From an uncultured Chitinophaga sp. (GTDB lineage Bacteria; Bacteroidota; Bacteroidia; 2-12-FULL-35-15), in NCBI GenBank assembly GCA_964549315.1, contig CAZJUY010000007.1, positions 37,567 through 101,566 on the forward strand: a stretch of DNA of 64,000 nucleotides. The letters run 5' to 3'. The notes beneath the pieces were generated by a model. It made no database searches. It worked only from the letters and a program-made list of their open reading frames with translations, and had not been told where the DNA came from. Below are positions 47,237 to 57,408 of this stretch, in pieces; position 1 is the stretch's first letter; each line of letters starts with the position of its first letter. The position numbers were made by a program, and so were the translations under genes.

Positions 47237-48603
47237 TCTTTTATTTTATTTTTTTCGTAAATTATTAACAGTGCAGAGATAAAAAATGGGATGAGTGGAA
47301 TTTTAAACCTAACCAATGCACCAAAGTTAGAAGTTGTAAGACCAATCATAAAAGAGAAAAGTATAGCAAAGGACACAGAAAACAATAAAATAGGATTTTG
47401 TCCGATAATTTTAAAAAAGTTTTTAATCTTAGTTTTAATTAAAAGATAGATAACAAGAAATAATATTATAGTATTTTCTACCCCGGCCATTAAAAGCACC
47501 AAGCTATTACTTTCCCATAAATAAGGCCTAAATAATCCAGCATTTACTGCTGGTAAAAAAAGTTTAAGCATTCCTTCTGTACTCCCGTCAAAATCTCCAA
47601 TATTAAAACTAGAGCCTTTGTAATAGTCCTGTTTTAAATCATAGTTTGTTGCGGCAGCAGTTTGTAAAGCATTGTCCAATGAAAATTTCGACATACTATC
47701 ACCAAGTTGACTAAGAGCAAAAAATGAAATCCCTATTACAGCAGCTATTATTAAGGGAAACAGTACTATGAGTAAAAATTTGTTTTTAAATTTTGCTATT
47801 CTTTCATAAAATATCCATAAAACTCCTCCTGGGAATAATACTAAAAGAATATATGGTTTGATACTCAAAATTAACCAGATACTAAACACTAGAATTGGAA
47901 GAAGACCTATGGATCGATTTTTCTTTATAAAAAACTGATGGGCACAGTAAACAAACAATGCAGTTCCAAAAAATGTAAAAGTATCTTTTGATACACCGCT
48001 TCCCCAAAATAATGGAGATGGAAAATATAACACAGCCCATGCAATTTTATTCTCAAATCCTTTTGAATAGGAAGCAAAGACTTGGAATAATTTCCATGTG
48101 CCTAAATAGGATAAAAATGCAAGTATAAGAGACGTAAGTAGGTAACCTTTCCCAGTAAGAATTGTAAAAATGCTAGTAAGTTTAATTACCATGCAAGTTG
48201 ACGTTTCAAAATACATATATGACCATGGGAAACCAGTTGCATCACTGAATAAAAAGTAGTTTTCTACTGTTGGAGGAGATGTTATTACTTCAAAATATTT
48301 CTCTGGGCTAACTTGAAAAAGCTTTGCCATAGCCATGGTAGATTCAAAATAATTTATTGTATCTCCTCCTCCATAATAATATAGATAAATCAAACAAAAA
48401 AACAATGAGCCTAGTATTTTTAAAATAAGTCCTTTGAAAAAAAAGCGTTGAAAAATTAAATCTGATTTGTTACGAATAGAATAAATAAAAGCAAAGACAA
48501 AAAAAAGCAAAATTAATAGTGGAGCAGCAACTATTTCCCATGTTTCAATTGAAACTTGTTGTTCATATTCCCAAGCGGCTCTGGCTATAACTTGTAATAG
48601 CAT
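47233..48603 (-). CDS. Polytopic membrane protein, GT-C/Wzy-like (glycan polymerase, ligase or transferase)
   Basis: About 11 TM segments; YYYGGGDT..Y in the first external loop; WGSG.SKD, IKPY, LFRP..WE, NFGALVRFK; located in the glycan locus. Exact family not determinable by eye. Confidence 0.5.
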   Translation of the reverse strand: MLLQVIARAAWEYEQQVSIETWEIVAAPLLILLFFVFAFIYSIRNKSDLIFQRFFFKGLILKILGSLFFCLIYLYYYGGGDTINYFESTMAMAKLFQVSPEKYFEVITSPPTVENYFLFSDATGFPWSYMYFETSTCMVIKLTSIFTILTGKGYLLTSLILAFLSYLGTWKLFQVFASYSKGFENKIAWAVLYFPSPLFWGSGVSKDTFTFFGTALFVYCAHQFFIKKNRSIGLLPILVFSIWLILSIKPYILLVLFPGGVLWIFYERIAKFKNKFLLIVLFPLIIAAVIGISFFALSQLGDSMSKFSLDNALQTAAATNYDLKQDYYKGSSFNIGDFDGSTEGMLKLFLPAVNAGLFRPYLWESNSLVLLMAGVENTIILFLVIYLLIKTKIKNFFKIIGQNPILLFSVSFAILFSFMIGLTTSNFGALVRFKIPLIPFFISALLIIYEKNKIKD

Positions 48604-48618
48604 TATTTTAAATTGTTG

Positions 48619-49740
48619 TTAAATGAATTGTTGAAATTTGTTTTTTATATTTAGAAATGGCCTTTCGTAGTAATGATAGCTTAACTTACTTAAAATAATT
48701 GTAATTGCAATTGAAATTAAAGTATCAACGATAATTATTTGCCATAATTGTTTTTCCGGAATGATTTTATTAATTAAAGTAATTGTAATTAATATTCCAA
48801 TAAAATGGAAACAATAGAGTCCATAGCTAATTGTACCTAAACTACTTATATTTTTAAATTTCCTCATTTTAAAAAAAGAGTTTTTTGAATAACATTGTTC
48901 TAAAATTATTAGGATAATTAATACTGCTAGTATAGTTCTTTCAAAAATACGTATATAAATATTCGAATACAGCAATTCGCTACGAAAGAAAAAACAAATA
49001 AAGAATAAAAAATATATTGCAGCAATTTTAATTGGCTTAAGCGTTGTTAAGTAATTTTTAAAATTTTTAAATTGAATAATTAGCCAAGCTCCTAGTCCTC
49101 CTACTGCCATATCACCTATACAAGAAAAAGTATGATACTCATGAAAAATATAGGAATTGTTATGATATCTAAACAGCCAAGTAAAGCAAATTATAGAAAT
49201 AAACACAACCCAATATTTTTCTAATGGAAAAACAAACAAAATAATAGGCCAAATTAAATAAAACTGCTCTTCTATAGCTATACTCCATAGCACTCCCAAT
49301 ATTGATGAGTCTGGTGGGCCATTGTTAATAAAATCGAAATTATTAATAAATAATATGTAGTAAAAAAAATTAGCAGTCTCGTTTGGGGTTTGTCCTAGCA
49401 AAGATTTTAAATAGGGGAAAATAAAAAAACCAAAAAACACACAAAAAAAATACAATGGCCAAATTCTTAATATTCTTCTTAACCAAAAGAAAACAATATT
49501 AATAGATCCTTTAGCTTTTTTTTCTTCAATTAACAGATACGTTATTAGGAAACCACTTATTACAAAAAAGAAATTAACGCCTATATTTCCATTCCCAAAT
49601 AAATCTACTTTAATAAAGTGGTATAATCTTGATGATTTAATAGTGATGTTATTTGTTTGAAAACAATGATAGAAGAATACAGAAAGGAAACAAAAAAAAC
49701 GCAATCCGTCTAAGTTCTCAAAATAGATTTTTTTGTTCAT
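48619..49740 (-). CDS. Acyltransferase_3 family O-acyltransferase, second copy
   Basis: LDGLRF, FFFVISGFLIT, RRILRIWP, LWSIAIEEQFYLIWP, ISYGLYCFH. Confidence 0.9.
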   Translation of the reverse strand: MNKKIYFENLDGLRFFCFLSVFFYHCFQTNNITIKSSRLYHFIKVDLFGNGNIGVNFFFVISGFLITYLLIEEKKAKGSINIVFFWLRRILRIWPLYFFCVFFGFFIFPYLKSLLGQTPNETANFFYYILFINNFDFINNGPPDSSILGVLWSIAIEEQFYLIWPIILFVFPLEKYWVVFISIICFTWLFRYHNNSYIFHEYHTFSCIGDMAVGGLGAWLIIQFKNFKNYLTTLKPIKIAAIYFLFFICFFFRSELLYSNIYIRIFERTILAVLIILIILEQCYSKNSFFKMRKFKNISSLGTISYGLYCFHFIGILITITLINKIIPEKQLWQIIIVDTLISIAITIILSKLSYHYYERPFLNIKNKFQQFI

Positions 49741-50775
49741 CTATATTTTGTTTATATGCTTTTCCCACTTCCAAGCACTTTCCATCATTTCGTCTAAAGA
49801 ATATTTTGCTTTCCAACTCAACTCTTTTTCTGTAAAAGATGTGTCCGAGTATATTGCTTTCACATCTCCTGGTCTGCGTTCCCCAATTTTGTAATTTAAT
49901 TTTATTCCGCTAATTTTTTCAAATGATTGAATTGCTTCAAATACACTCACACCATTTCCAGAACCAAGATTGAAGATGGAGAAATTAGATTTTTGCTTTT
50001 TCTCAATTAAATAATTTAGCGCTTTAATATGTGCAGTAGCAATATCCGAAACATGTATGTAGTCTCTTATACATGATCCGTCTCTTGTGTTGTAATTATT
50101 TCCATGTACTGTCATTTCTTTTATTTTACCAATAGCAGTTTGAGTTATTATTGGTACTAGATTGCTAGGTTTGTTTATCGGATTTTCTCCATTTAACCCG
50201 GAAGTGTGTGCTCCAACTGGATTAAAATAACGTAATGCAATAGTTTGCAATTTGTTAAATGTTTTACAATAATCTTTTAATATTTCTTCCCCAATTTGTT
50301 TTGTGTATGCATATGGAGATTCGGCTTTGTTTAGATTGGTCTTCTCATTAACTGGTAATAAATTTATGTTCCCATAAACAGAACAAGAAGAAGAAAAAAT
50401 GAAATTATTAATTCCTCGTTTAATGCAAGCTTGTAAAATGTTTAGTTGAGAATTTATATTATTATGGTAATATTTAAAAGGATTTTCAACCGATTCAGAT
50501 ACTGATTTGAATGCAGCAAAATGTATAACACCAATAATATCAGGGTAACCATCTAAAACGTTATTTAAATTGTTTGAGTCACATAAATCCAATTCAAGCA
50601 CTTCAAATTTTTTGCTGGTTATTTTCGAAATTCTTTCGTAAGTTTCTTTTGATGAATTCGAATAATTATCAATTGAAATAATGTTGTAATCTGTATTCTC
50701 TAGTAACTCAATAATGGTATGAGAGCCTATGTAACCCGCTCCTCCTGTAATTATAATTGTTTTTTTTGAATTCAT
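49741..50775 (-). CDS. galE: UDP-glucose 4-epimerase
   Basis: TGGAGYIGSH, HFAAFKSV.ES, FSSSCSVYG, YAYTK, LRYFNPVGAH, DGSCIRDYIHV.D.A, NLGSG.G.SV. Confidence 0.93.
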   Translation of the reverse strand: MNSKKTIIITGGAGYIGSHTIIELLENTDYNIISIDNYSNSSKETYERISKITSKKFEVLELDLCDSNNLNNVLDGYPDIIGVIHFAAFKSVSESVENPFKYYHNNINSQLNILQACIKRGINNFIFSSSCSVYGNINLLPVNEKTNLNKAESPYAYTKQIGEEILKDYCKTFNKLQTIALRYFNPVGAHTSGLNGENPINKPSNLVPIITQTAIGKIKEMTVHGNNYNTRDGSCIRDYIHVSDIATAHIKALNYLIEKKQKSNFSIFNLGSGNGVSVFEAIQSFEKISGIKLNYKIGERRPGDVKAIYSDTSFTEKELSWKAKYSLDEMMESAWKWEKHINKI

Positions 50776-50778
50776 AAA

Positions 50779-51195
50779 TTATTTTTTCTTTTTTGTAAAA
50801 TATTTTTCTCCAGGTAAAACATAAAATGTTTTTAACCATTTTAATCCATTTTCTTTATTTGAAAACATTTTAGTTGGCACTTTTGGTTTGTATACTTTAA
50901 GATAGAGATTAAACATTAATTTGTTGGTAATAGATTTTGTAATGTATGCTATTGCTATTCTATATTTTGTTGCTTCTTCGGTCTGTCCATATGCTTTTGC
51001 ATCTTCAGTTGCGGTATAATCTTCAGTAGCATCGAATAAAACCAATGCTTTTTTTCCATCGAGCAATTTATTAGTAACATCAAAATATTCTTTTATTTTT
51101 TCGATAGTTAAATGTGCGTTTTTTTTGATTTTAATTTGCAAAATTCCATCCTCGTCAATATGCATTTCTGCAATTGAAGTTTCTACTTTATTCAT
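50779..51195 (-). CDS. STAS/SEC14 (SpoIIAA-like) domain protein
   Basis: Small alpha/beta protein with LVLFD, AIAYI, P.KMF.N.E.GLKWL pattern. Confidence 0.6.
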   Translation of the reverse strand: MNKVETSIAEMHIDEDGILQIKIKKNAHLTIEKIKEYFDVTNKLLDGKKALVLFDATEDYTATEDAKAYGQTEEATKYRIAIAYITKSITNKLMFNLYLKVYKPKVPTKMFSNKENGLKWLKTFYVLPGEKYFTKKKK

Positions 51196-51319
51196 CTAAT
51201 ATTTAATAATAACTATTTGCGGGGATGCATTTCAAAATTAAGCAAAATAATCAAAGGATAATTTAAAAAAACATACTAAATTTATAGTCGAAATTTTGTC
51301 AATTATTTCAAAACTATTT

Positions 51320-53542
51320 ATGCAAAAACAGGTTGAGATAGATTTAGAAGCTGAAAAAAAGGAAATACTCAAAAGATACCGTGCATTACTTAGGGCTTGC
51401 CGGAGATCTATTGAAAAAGGTGATAAAGCCTTAATAAGGAAAGCATTTAATATTGCATTAGAAGCGCATAAAGATATGCGAAGAAAATCAGGAGAGCCTT
51501 ATATTTATCATCCTATTGCTGTTGCACATATTTGTGCTGAAGAAATTGGGCTTGGGACAACTTCTGTTGTTTGTGCTCTTTTGCATGATGTTGTTGAAGA
51601 TACTGATCTAACTCTTGATGATATTAAAGGTCTGTTTGGTGAAAAGGTTTCAAAAATTATTGATGGTCTCACAAAAATCTCTGGAGTATTTGATCAAAGT
51701 TCTTCCATACAAGCCGAAAATTTTAGAAAAATACTTTTAACACTTGCAGAGGATGTTCGAGTTATCTTAATTAAGCTTGCAGATAGAATGCATAATATGC
51801 GTACGCTTGATAGTATGAAGCGTGATAAACAGCTAAAAATTGCTTCTGAAACATTGTATTTGTATTCCCCTCTTGCTCATCGCTTGGGGCTGAATGCTAT
51901 AAAAACAGAACTTGAAGATTTGTGCTTAAAATATACGGAACCTGAAGTTTATAATGAAATTCAGTTCAAACTACAAGAAGGTGAGCCTGAACGCAAAAAA
52001 TTTATTTCAAAATTTATTGAGCCAATAAAAGAAATACTGGCAGAACAAGGACTAAAAGCCAAAATTATTGGTAGACCAAAATCTATTTATTCAATTAATA
52101 ACAAAATAAAAACTAAAGGAGTAACCTTCGAAGAAATTTTTGATTTGTTTGCAATACGCATTATTATTGATACTGTTCCTGAGAAAGAAAAATCGGATTG
52201 TTGGCGCGTTTATTCTATTGTAACCGATTTTTATCAGCCTAGTCCAGATAGATTGAGAGATTGGGTGAGTACGCCAAAATCAAATGGATATGAAAGTTTG
52301 CATACTACTGTTATGGGGCCAGAAGGCAAATGGGTGGAAGTTCAAATTAGAACGGTTAGAATGGATGAGTTGGCAGAAAAAGGTTATGCAGCGCATTGGA
52401 AATATAAAGACAGCACGAGTGAAAGTCAACTAGATGATTGGATTCGAAAAATTCGTGAAATACTTGATAACCCTCAAGAAAATGCATTAGAATTTTTAGA
52501 TGATTTTAAATTAAATTTATTTGCTGAAGAAATTTTTGCATTTACACCAAAAGGTGAAATGAAAACATTGCCAGTTGGTGCTACCGCTTTGGATTTTGCA
52601 TTTGATATCCATACAAAAGTTGGAGAAAAATGTATAGGTGCTAAAGTAAATCATAAGCTTGTCCCATTAAGTTACAAATTAAAAAGTGGTGACCAAGTTG
52701 AAGTGCTTACATCCAGCAAACAAACGCCTAAAGAAGATTGGTTGGGTTATGTTGTTACAGCTAGAGCAAAATCAAAAATTAAAAATGCACTTAAAGAAGA
52801 AAGAAAAAAAATTGCAGAGGACGGGAGAGAAATGCTTGAAAGAAAGTTTAACCATTTGAAAATTGATTTTACAATACAAAATATCAATGAGTTGGCGAAC
52901 TATTTTAAATTACCGAGTAGTCAAGAACTTTTCTATAGAGTAGCAGTAGGTAATATCAATTTAAAACATCTAAAAGATTTTCATCAGGAACACGGAAAAA
53001 TTGCTCATAAATCTGGAAACTTAAGTAAGAAGAAAGAGTCAACTAAAAGCCTTGAACAAATGGTCTCTTCTGTTCGAGGAAAATCTGATTTACTTGTAAT
53101 TGGTGAAAATCTAAATAAAATTGATTATAAATTATCGCCTTGTTGTAGCCCAATATCAGGTGATGATGTGTTTGGCTTTATTACAATAAATGAAGGAATA
53201 AAAATACATCGAGTAAATTGTCCTAATGCCATCCAGTTGCTTTCAAATTACGCATACAGAGTTGTAAAAGCAAAATGGACTAGTCAAGAATTAATCTCAT
53301 TTTTAGCCGGAATAAAAATTACAGGTATTGATGAGGTTGGACTAGTCAATAATATTACAAAAATCATCTCAAATGAGCTGAATGTAAATATGCGATCCAT
53401 CAGTTTTGATACCAATGATGGTACATTTGAGGGTAATGTTACAGTGTTTGTTCATGATACAGATCACTTGACTGAGCTAATGAAAAAACTTAAAAAAGTA
53501 AACGGAGTTTTGACAGTTACACGTCTCGATAGTAGTAATTAA
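51320..53542 (+). CDS. rel: Bifunctional (p)ppGpp synthetase/hydrolase (long RSH)
   Basis: RKSGEPYIYHP, intact HD (LLHDVVED), KLADRMHNMRTL, GRPKS, DLFAIR, NGYESLHT, EVQIRT, TGS (FTPKG) and C-terminal ACT; ATG 51320 preferred. Confidence 0.95.
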   Translation: MQKQVEIDLEAEKKEILKRYRALLRACRRSIEKGDKALIRKAFNIALEAHKDMRRKSGEPYIYHPIAVAHICAEEIGLGTTSVVCALLHDVVEDTDLTLDDIKGLFGEKVSKIIDGLTKISGVFDQSSSIQAENFRKILLTLAEDVRVILIKLADRMHNMRTLDSMKRDKQLKIASETLYLYSPLAHRLGLNAIKTELEDLCLKYTEPEVYNEIQFKLQEGEPERKKFISKFIEPIKEILAEQGLKAKIIGRPKSIYSINNKIKTKGVTFEEIFDLFAIRIIIDTVPEKEKSDCWRVYSIVTDFYQPSPDRLRDWVSTPKSNGYESLHTTVMGPEGKWVEVQIRTVRMDELAEKGYAAHWKYKDSTSESQLDDWIRKIREILDNPQENALEFLDDFKLNLFAEEIFAFTPKGEMKTLPVGATALDFAFDIHTKVGEKCIGAKVNHKLVPLSYKLKSGDQVEVLTSSKQTPKEDWLGYVVTARAKSKIKNALKEERKKIAEDGREMLERKFNHLKIDFTIQNINELANYFKLPSSQELFYRVAVGNINLKHLKDFHQEHGKIAHKSGNLSKKKESTKSLEQMVSSVRGKSDLLVIGENLNKIDYKLSPCCSPISGDDVFGFITINEGIKIHRVNCPNAIQLLSNYAYRVVKAKWTSQELISFLAGIKITGIDEVGLVNNITKIISNELNVNMRSISFDTNDGTFEGNVTVFVHDTDHLTELMKKLKKVNGVLTVTRLDSSN

Positions 53543-53597
53543 AGGATGTTATAGTCCTCATATTTTTTTGTACTTTTATACCTCATTTTAAAAAAGC

Positions 53598-54092
53598 ATG
53601 TCGGTTACAGAAACCAAAGAAACAGTAAAACAAATTTTTGCAGAATATTTGCAAAAGTACGGGCACAGAAAAACACCTGAACGTTTTGCTATACTCAGTG
53701 AAATATATTCTCATGGAGGTCATTTTGATATAGAGAGTTTATACATTCACATGAAAAATAAAAAATATCGTGTAAGTAGAGCTACTCTTTATAATACCAT
53801 TGAGCTTTTGCTGAATTGTAATTTAGTTACAAAACACCAATTTGGAAAAAATTTAGCTCAATTCGAAAAAGCTTTTGAATATAAACAACACGATCATTTA
53901 ATTTGTAGTGATTGCGAAAAGGTATTTGAATTTTGTGATCCAAGGATTCAGCAAATTCAAAAAATGGCTGGAGAAATTTTAGGATTTTCGATTACACATC
54001 ATTCATTGAATTTTTACGGTAAGTGTAATACTCTCAACAATAATGGAAGCTGCGAACATAAAAACCAAAAGAAAAAAACCAAAGCAATATGA
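53598..54092 (+). CDS. fur: Fur family transcriptional regulator
   Basis: [31 protein letters not shown]; metal specificity unknown. Confidence 0.85.
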   Translation: MSVTETKETVKQIFAEYLQKYGHRKTPERFAILSEIYSHGGHFDIESLYIHMKNKKYRVSRATLYNTIELLLNCNLVTKHQFGKNLAQFEKAFEYKQHDHLICSDCEKVFEFCDPRIQQIQKMAGEILGFSITHHSLNFYGKCNTLNNNGSCEHKNQKKKTKAI

Positions 54093-54433
54093 TATTTGAT
54101 TTTAAAAAAAGCAAGGAAAAAAACGTTTCTGTATTTTTAATGCGAGGCGAATTGATTGACCAAAATCAGGCTTCAAAATTAATGAGTGAAGTCGAATCTG
54201 ATCTGATTGCAAATGAAAATAAAATTATATTAAATTTAGCTGATTTAAAATATTTGAATAGTAGTGGACTAAATGTCTTGATTCATATTTTAACAAAAGC
54301 AAGAAAAGCTGGTGGTGATGTAGCAATTTGTTGTGTTAATTCTAAAATCACAGAGTTATTGGTAATTACAAAACTTAATAATGTTTTTAATGTTTCAGAA
54401 TCAGTAGAAAAGGCATTAGAAGTATTAAATTAA
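54089..54433 (+). CDS. STAS domain anti-sigma factor antagonist (SpoIIAA/RsbV-like)
   Basis: [19 protein letters not shown] with the phosphorylatable Ser, L.ITKL..VF. Confidence 0.88.
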   Translation: MIFDFKKSKEKNVSVFLMRGELIDQNQASKLMSEVESDLIANENKIILNLADLKYLNSSGLNVLIHILTKARKAGGDVAICCVNSKITELLVITKLNNVFNVSESVEKALEVLN

Positions 54434-54451
54434 AACTAAAAAAATTAAATA

Positions 54452-55732
54452 ATGAAGGTAGATGTATTGTTAGGTCTTCAGTGGGGAGACGAAGGAAAAG
54501 GAAAAATTGTTGATGTGTTAACACCAAAATATGATATTATTGGTCGTTTTCAAGGTGGACCAAATGCTGGGCATACGCTTGAGTTTAACGGAATAAAACA
54601 CGTATTGCATACAATTCCTTCTGGTATTTTTCATGATAAAGCAATAAATATTGTTGGTAATGGAGTAGTAATTGACCCAGTTATATTCAAAAAAGAAATA
54701 GATGCTTTAGTAAAATTAGGAGTTGATATCAAATCAAAGCTAATACTTGCAAAACGTGCGCACCTTATACTCCCAACACATAGATTGTTGGACGCAGCTT
54801 CAGAAGCTGCAAAAGGAAAAGAAAAAATTGGTTCTACTTTAAAAGGTATTGGCCCAACTTATATGGATAAAACAGGACGTAATGGTTTACGAGTTGGAGA
54901 TATAAGTTTGCCTAATTTTAAAGAAAAATACGATGTCTTAATTGAAAAACACAAACAGATATTAAGCCATCATAATTTTGAGTACAATCTTGCAGAACTT
55001 GAGCCGGCTTGGTTTGAAGGAATTGAAGTTTTAAAATCATTACAACATATTGAAAGTGAACATTACATAAACAATGCTTTAAATTCAAATAAATCAATAT
55101 TAGCAGAAGGAGCGCAAGGTTCATTATTAGATATTGATTTTGGGTCTTACCCTTTTGTTACTTCATCTAATACTATATGCGCTGGGGCTTGCACAGGTCT
55201 GGGCATCGCTCCAAATAAAATTGGTAATGTAATCGGAATATTTAAAGCATATTGTACACGTGTTGGTAGTGGACCTTTTCCAACTGAATTAAATGATGAA
55301 GTTGGGGAGCAAATTCGAAAAACAGGAAATGAGTTTGGCTCTACCACAGGGCGAGCACGCAGAACAGGTTGGTTGGATATGCCAGCTTTGAAATACGCTG
55401 TTATGATAAATGGAGTTACGGAATTAATGATGATGAAAGCAGATGTATTAAGTGGTTTTGATACACTTAAAGTTTGTGTTGGATATAATTATCAAGGTAA
55501 AAAAATAGATTATCTGCCTTATGACTATTCTCCTGAATTATTAACTCCTATCTATACAGAGCTAAAAGGTTGGAATCAGGATTTAACAGGATTAAATAGT
55601 CCAGATCAAATGCCAGAGGCTCTTAACGAGTATATTTCTTTTATTGAAAAAGAAACAGGAGTTCCTATTTCTATTGTGTCTGTTGGTCCAGACAGAACTC
55701 AAACGCTTATTCGTAATAAAGAACTGGTATAG
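54452..55732 (+). CDS. purA: Adenylosuccinate synthetase
   Basis: QWGDEGKGK, GGPNAGHT, EGAQG..LDIDFGSYPFVTSS, KAYCTRVG.GPFPTE, TTGR.RR.GW, SVGPDR. Confidence 0.98.
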   Translation: MKVDVLLGLQWGDEGKGKIVDVLTPKYDIIGRFQGGPNAGHTLEFNGIKHVLHTIPSGIFHDKAINIVGNGVVIDPVIFKKEIDALVKLGVDIKSKLILAKRAHLILPTHRLLDAASEAAKGKEKIGSTLKGIGPTYMDKTGRNGLRVGDISLPNFKEKYDVLIEKHKQILSHHNFEYNLAELEPAWFEGIEVLKSLQHIESEHYINNALNSNKSILAEGAQGSLLDIDFGSYPFVTSSNTICAGACTGLGIAPNKIGNVIGIFKAYCTRVGSGPFPTELNDEVGEQIRKTGNEFGSTTGRARRTGWLDMPALKYAVMINGVTELMMMKADVLSGFDTLKVCVGYNYQGKKIDYLPYDYSPELLTPIYTELKGWNQDLTGLNSPDQMPEALNEYISFIEKETGVPISIVSVGPDRTQTLIRNKELV

Positions 55733-55769
55733 TAATTGCGTTTAAGCAACACCATTTTATACCATTATA

Positions 55770-57383
55770 ATGATTCAAACAGAAAATAATAGATTGTGCT
55801 TTAATACAATAACATTATTTTCTGTTTTGTTTTTTACAAACCTTTTTTGCTTTTCGCAAAACACTACAAATGGTGGCGGAAAACAAATCGAAATTGTAAA
55901 TGCTGGAACTTTAAAGTCTGCAAATAATATCGCAAATGGCGCAAAACGTTTGATTGGCAATGTTCAGTTCAAACAAGACAATACGCTGATGTTTTGTGAT
56001 AGTGCTTATTTCTATAAAGATAATTCCTTAGATGCTTTTGGTCATATTCATATCCAGCAAGGTGATAGCATTAACTTATTTGGCGAGTTATTAAAATACG
56101 ATGGAAATACTAAAAAGGCTGTAATTACAAAAAATGTAATTGTTACAAAAGGTGATATGCATTTGACTACTGAAGCGCTAAATTATGACGTTTCTACAAG
56201 TGTTGGTTATTATATCACTCCTGCAAAAATTGTAAATAGAGATAATACGCTAACGAGTTCTACCGGTTATTTTTTCGCTAAATCAAGCGATTTAACTTTT
56301 AAAAAAGATGTTGTACTTACCAACCCGCAGTTTATAATCAATTGTGATACAATGCGCTATAACACCAATTCAAAAGTTACTTATTTTAAAGGACCAACAA
56401 CTATAAAAAGCAAAGAAAATTTAATCTATTGCGAAGATGGTTGGTATGATACTTTTAAAGATCAATCCCGATTTAGTAAAAACTCCTATATTCTTACTGA
56501 AGAACAAAAAATGTTTGGCGATAGTTTGTATTACGATAGAAAAAAAGGAATTGGAAAAGCTTTAAAAAATGTTCAAATAATTGATACTACTCAAAAAATA
56601 ACAATAATCGGGGATTATGCTAAACACCTTGAATTTGATGATATTTCTATTGTAACAGGTAAAGCCATGTTGATTCAATATTTTGAAAAAGATACTTTAT
56701 ACTTACATGCCGATACTTTAAAAGCAATAGGTGATGATAAAAGAATAGTGAATGATAAAAATAAATCGCTTGGAGATAAAAAAATAATAAGGGATTCTAC
56801 TCAAAATGACAATAAACAATTATATGCATATCGAAAAGTAAAGTTTTATAAAAACGACATTCAAGGCAAATGCGATTCGTTATATTATAACGTAAATGAT
56901 TCTGTTATGAAGTTGAGAGGAAAGCCTATATTGTGGAGTGATGAAAATCAGCTAACAGCAGATAGTATAGACATAAATACTGGGAAAAAATCTTTAAAAA
57001 CAATGAATTTAAAAGGGAATTGTTTTATAATATCAGAAGAAGATAGTTTGCATTATAACCAGATAAGAGGGAAGTATATGAAAGGGTTTTTTGAAGAAAA
57101 CAAACTTGTGCGTGTGAATATTCAGGGTAATGGACAAACGATATATTATGTGAATGAAACGAATAAGGAAACAAAAAAGGAAGAAATAAAAGCAGTTAAT
57201 AGAGCAGAATGTAGCGACTTAATTATTTATTTGAAGGATAACGAAATTCAAAAAATTAATTTTATTACTAAACCCGATGCTACGCTTTTTCCAATTGAAA
57301 AAATTGATGCTAAAGAATTTAAGCTAAAAGATTTTATTTGGCGAAAAAAAGAGCGACCTTTGGATAAGACCTCTATTTTTTAG
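55770..57383 (+). CDS. OstA-like (LptA/LptD N-terminal beta-jellyroll) exported protein
   Basis: Signal peptide; repeated CDSA / CDT / GDSL / ADTL / CDSL / ADSI beta-taco repeats; C-terminal F.L..F.WR...RP. Confidence 0.75.
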   Translation: MIQTENNRLCFNTITLFSVLFFTNLFCFSQNTTNGGGKQIEIVNAGTLKSANNIANGAKRLIGNVQFKQDNTLMFCDSAYFYKDNSLDAFGHIHIQQGDSINLFGELLKYDGNTKKAVITKNVIVTKGDMHLTTEALNYDVSTSVGYYITPAKIVNRDNTLTSSTGYFFAKSSDLTFKKDVVLTNPQFIINCDTMRYNTNSKVTYFKGPTTIKSKENLIYCEDGWYDTFKDQSRFSKNSYILTEEQKMFGDSLYYDRKKGIGKALKNVQIIDTTQKITIIGDYAKHLEFDDISIVTGKAMLIQYFEKDTLYLHADTLKAIGDDKRIVNDKNKSLGDKKIIRDSTQNDNKQLYAYRKVKFYKNDIQGKCDSLYYNVNDSVMKLRGKPILWSDENQLTADSIDINTGKKSLKTMNLKGNCFIISEEDSLHYNQIRGKYMKGFFEENKLVRVNIQGNGQTIYYVNETNKETKKEEIKAVNRAECSDLIIYLKDNEIQKINFITKPDATLFPIEKIDAKEFKLKDFIWRKKERPLDKTSIF

Positions 57384-57408
57384 TTGACAAATTCATAAAA
57401 AACTAGCC

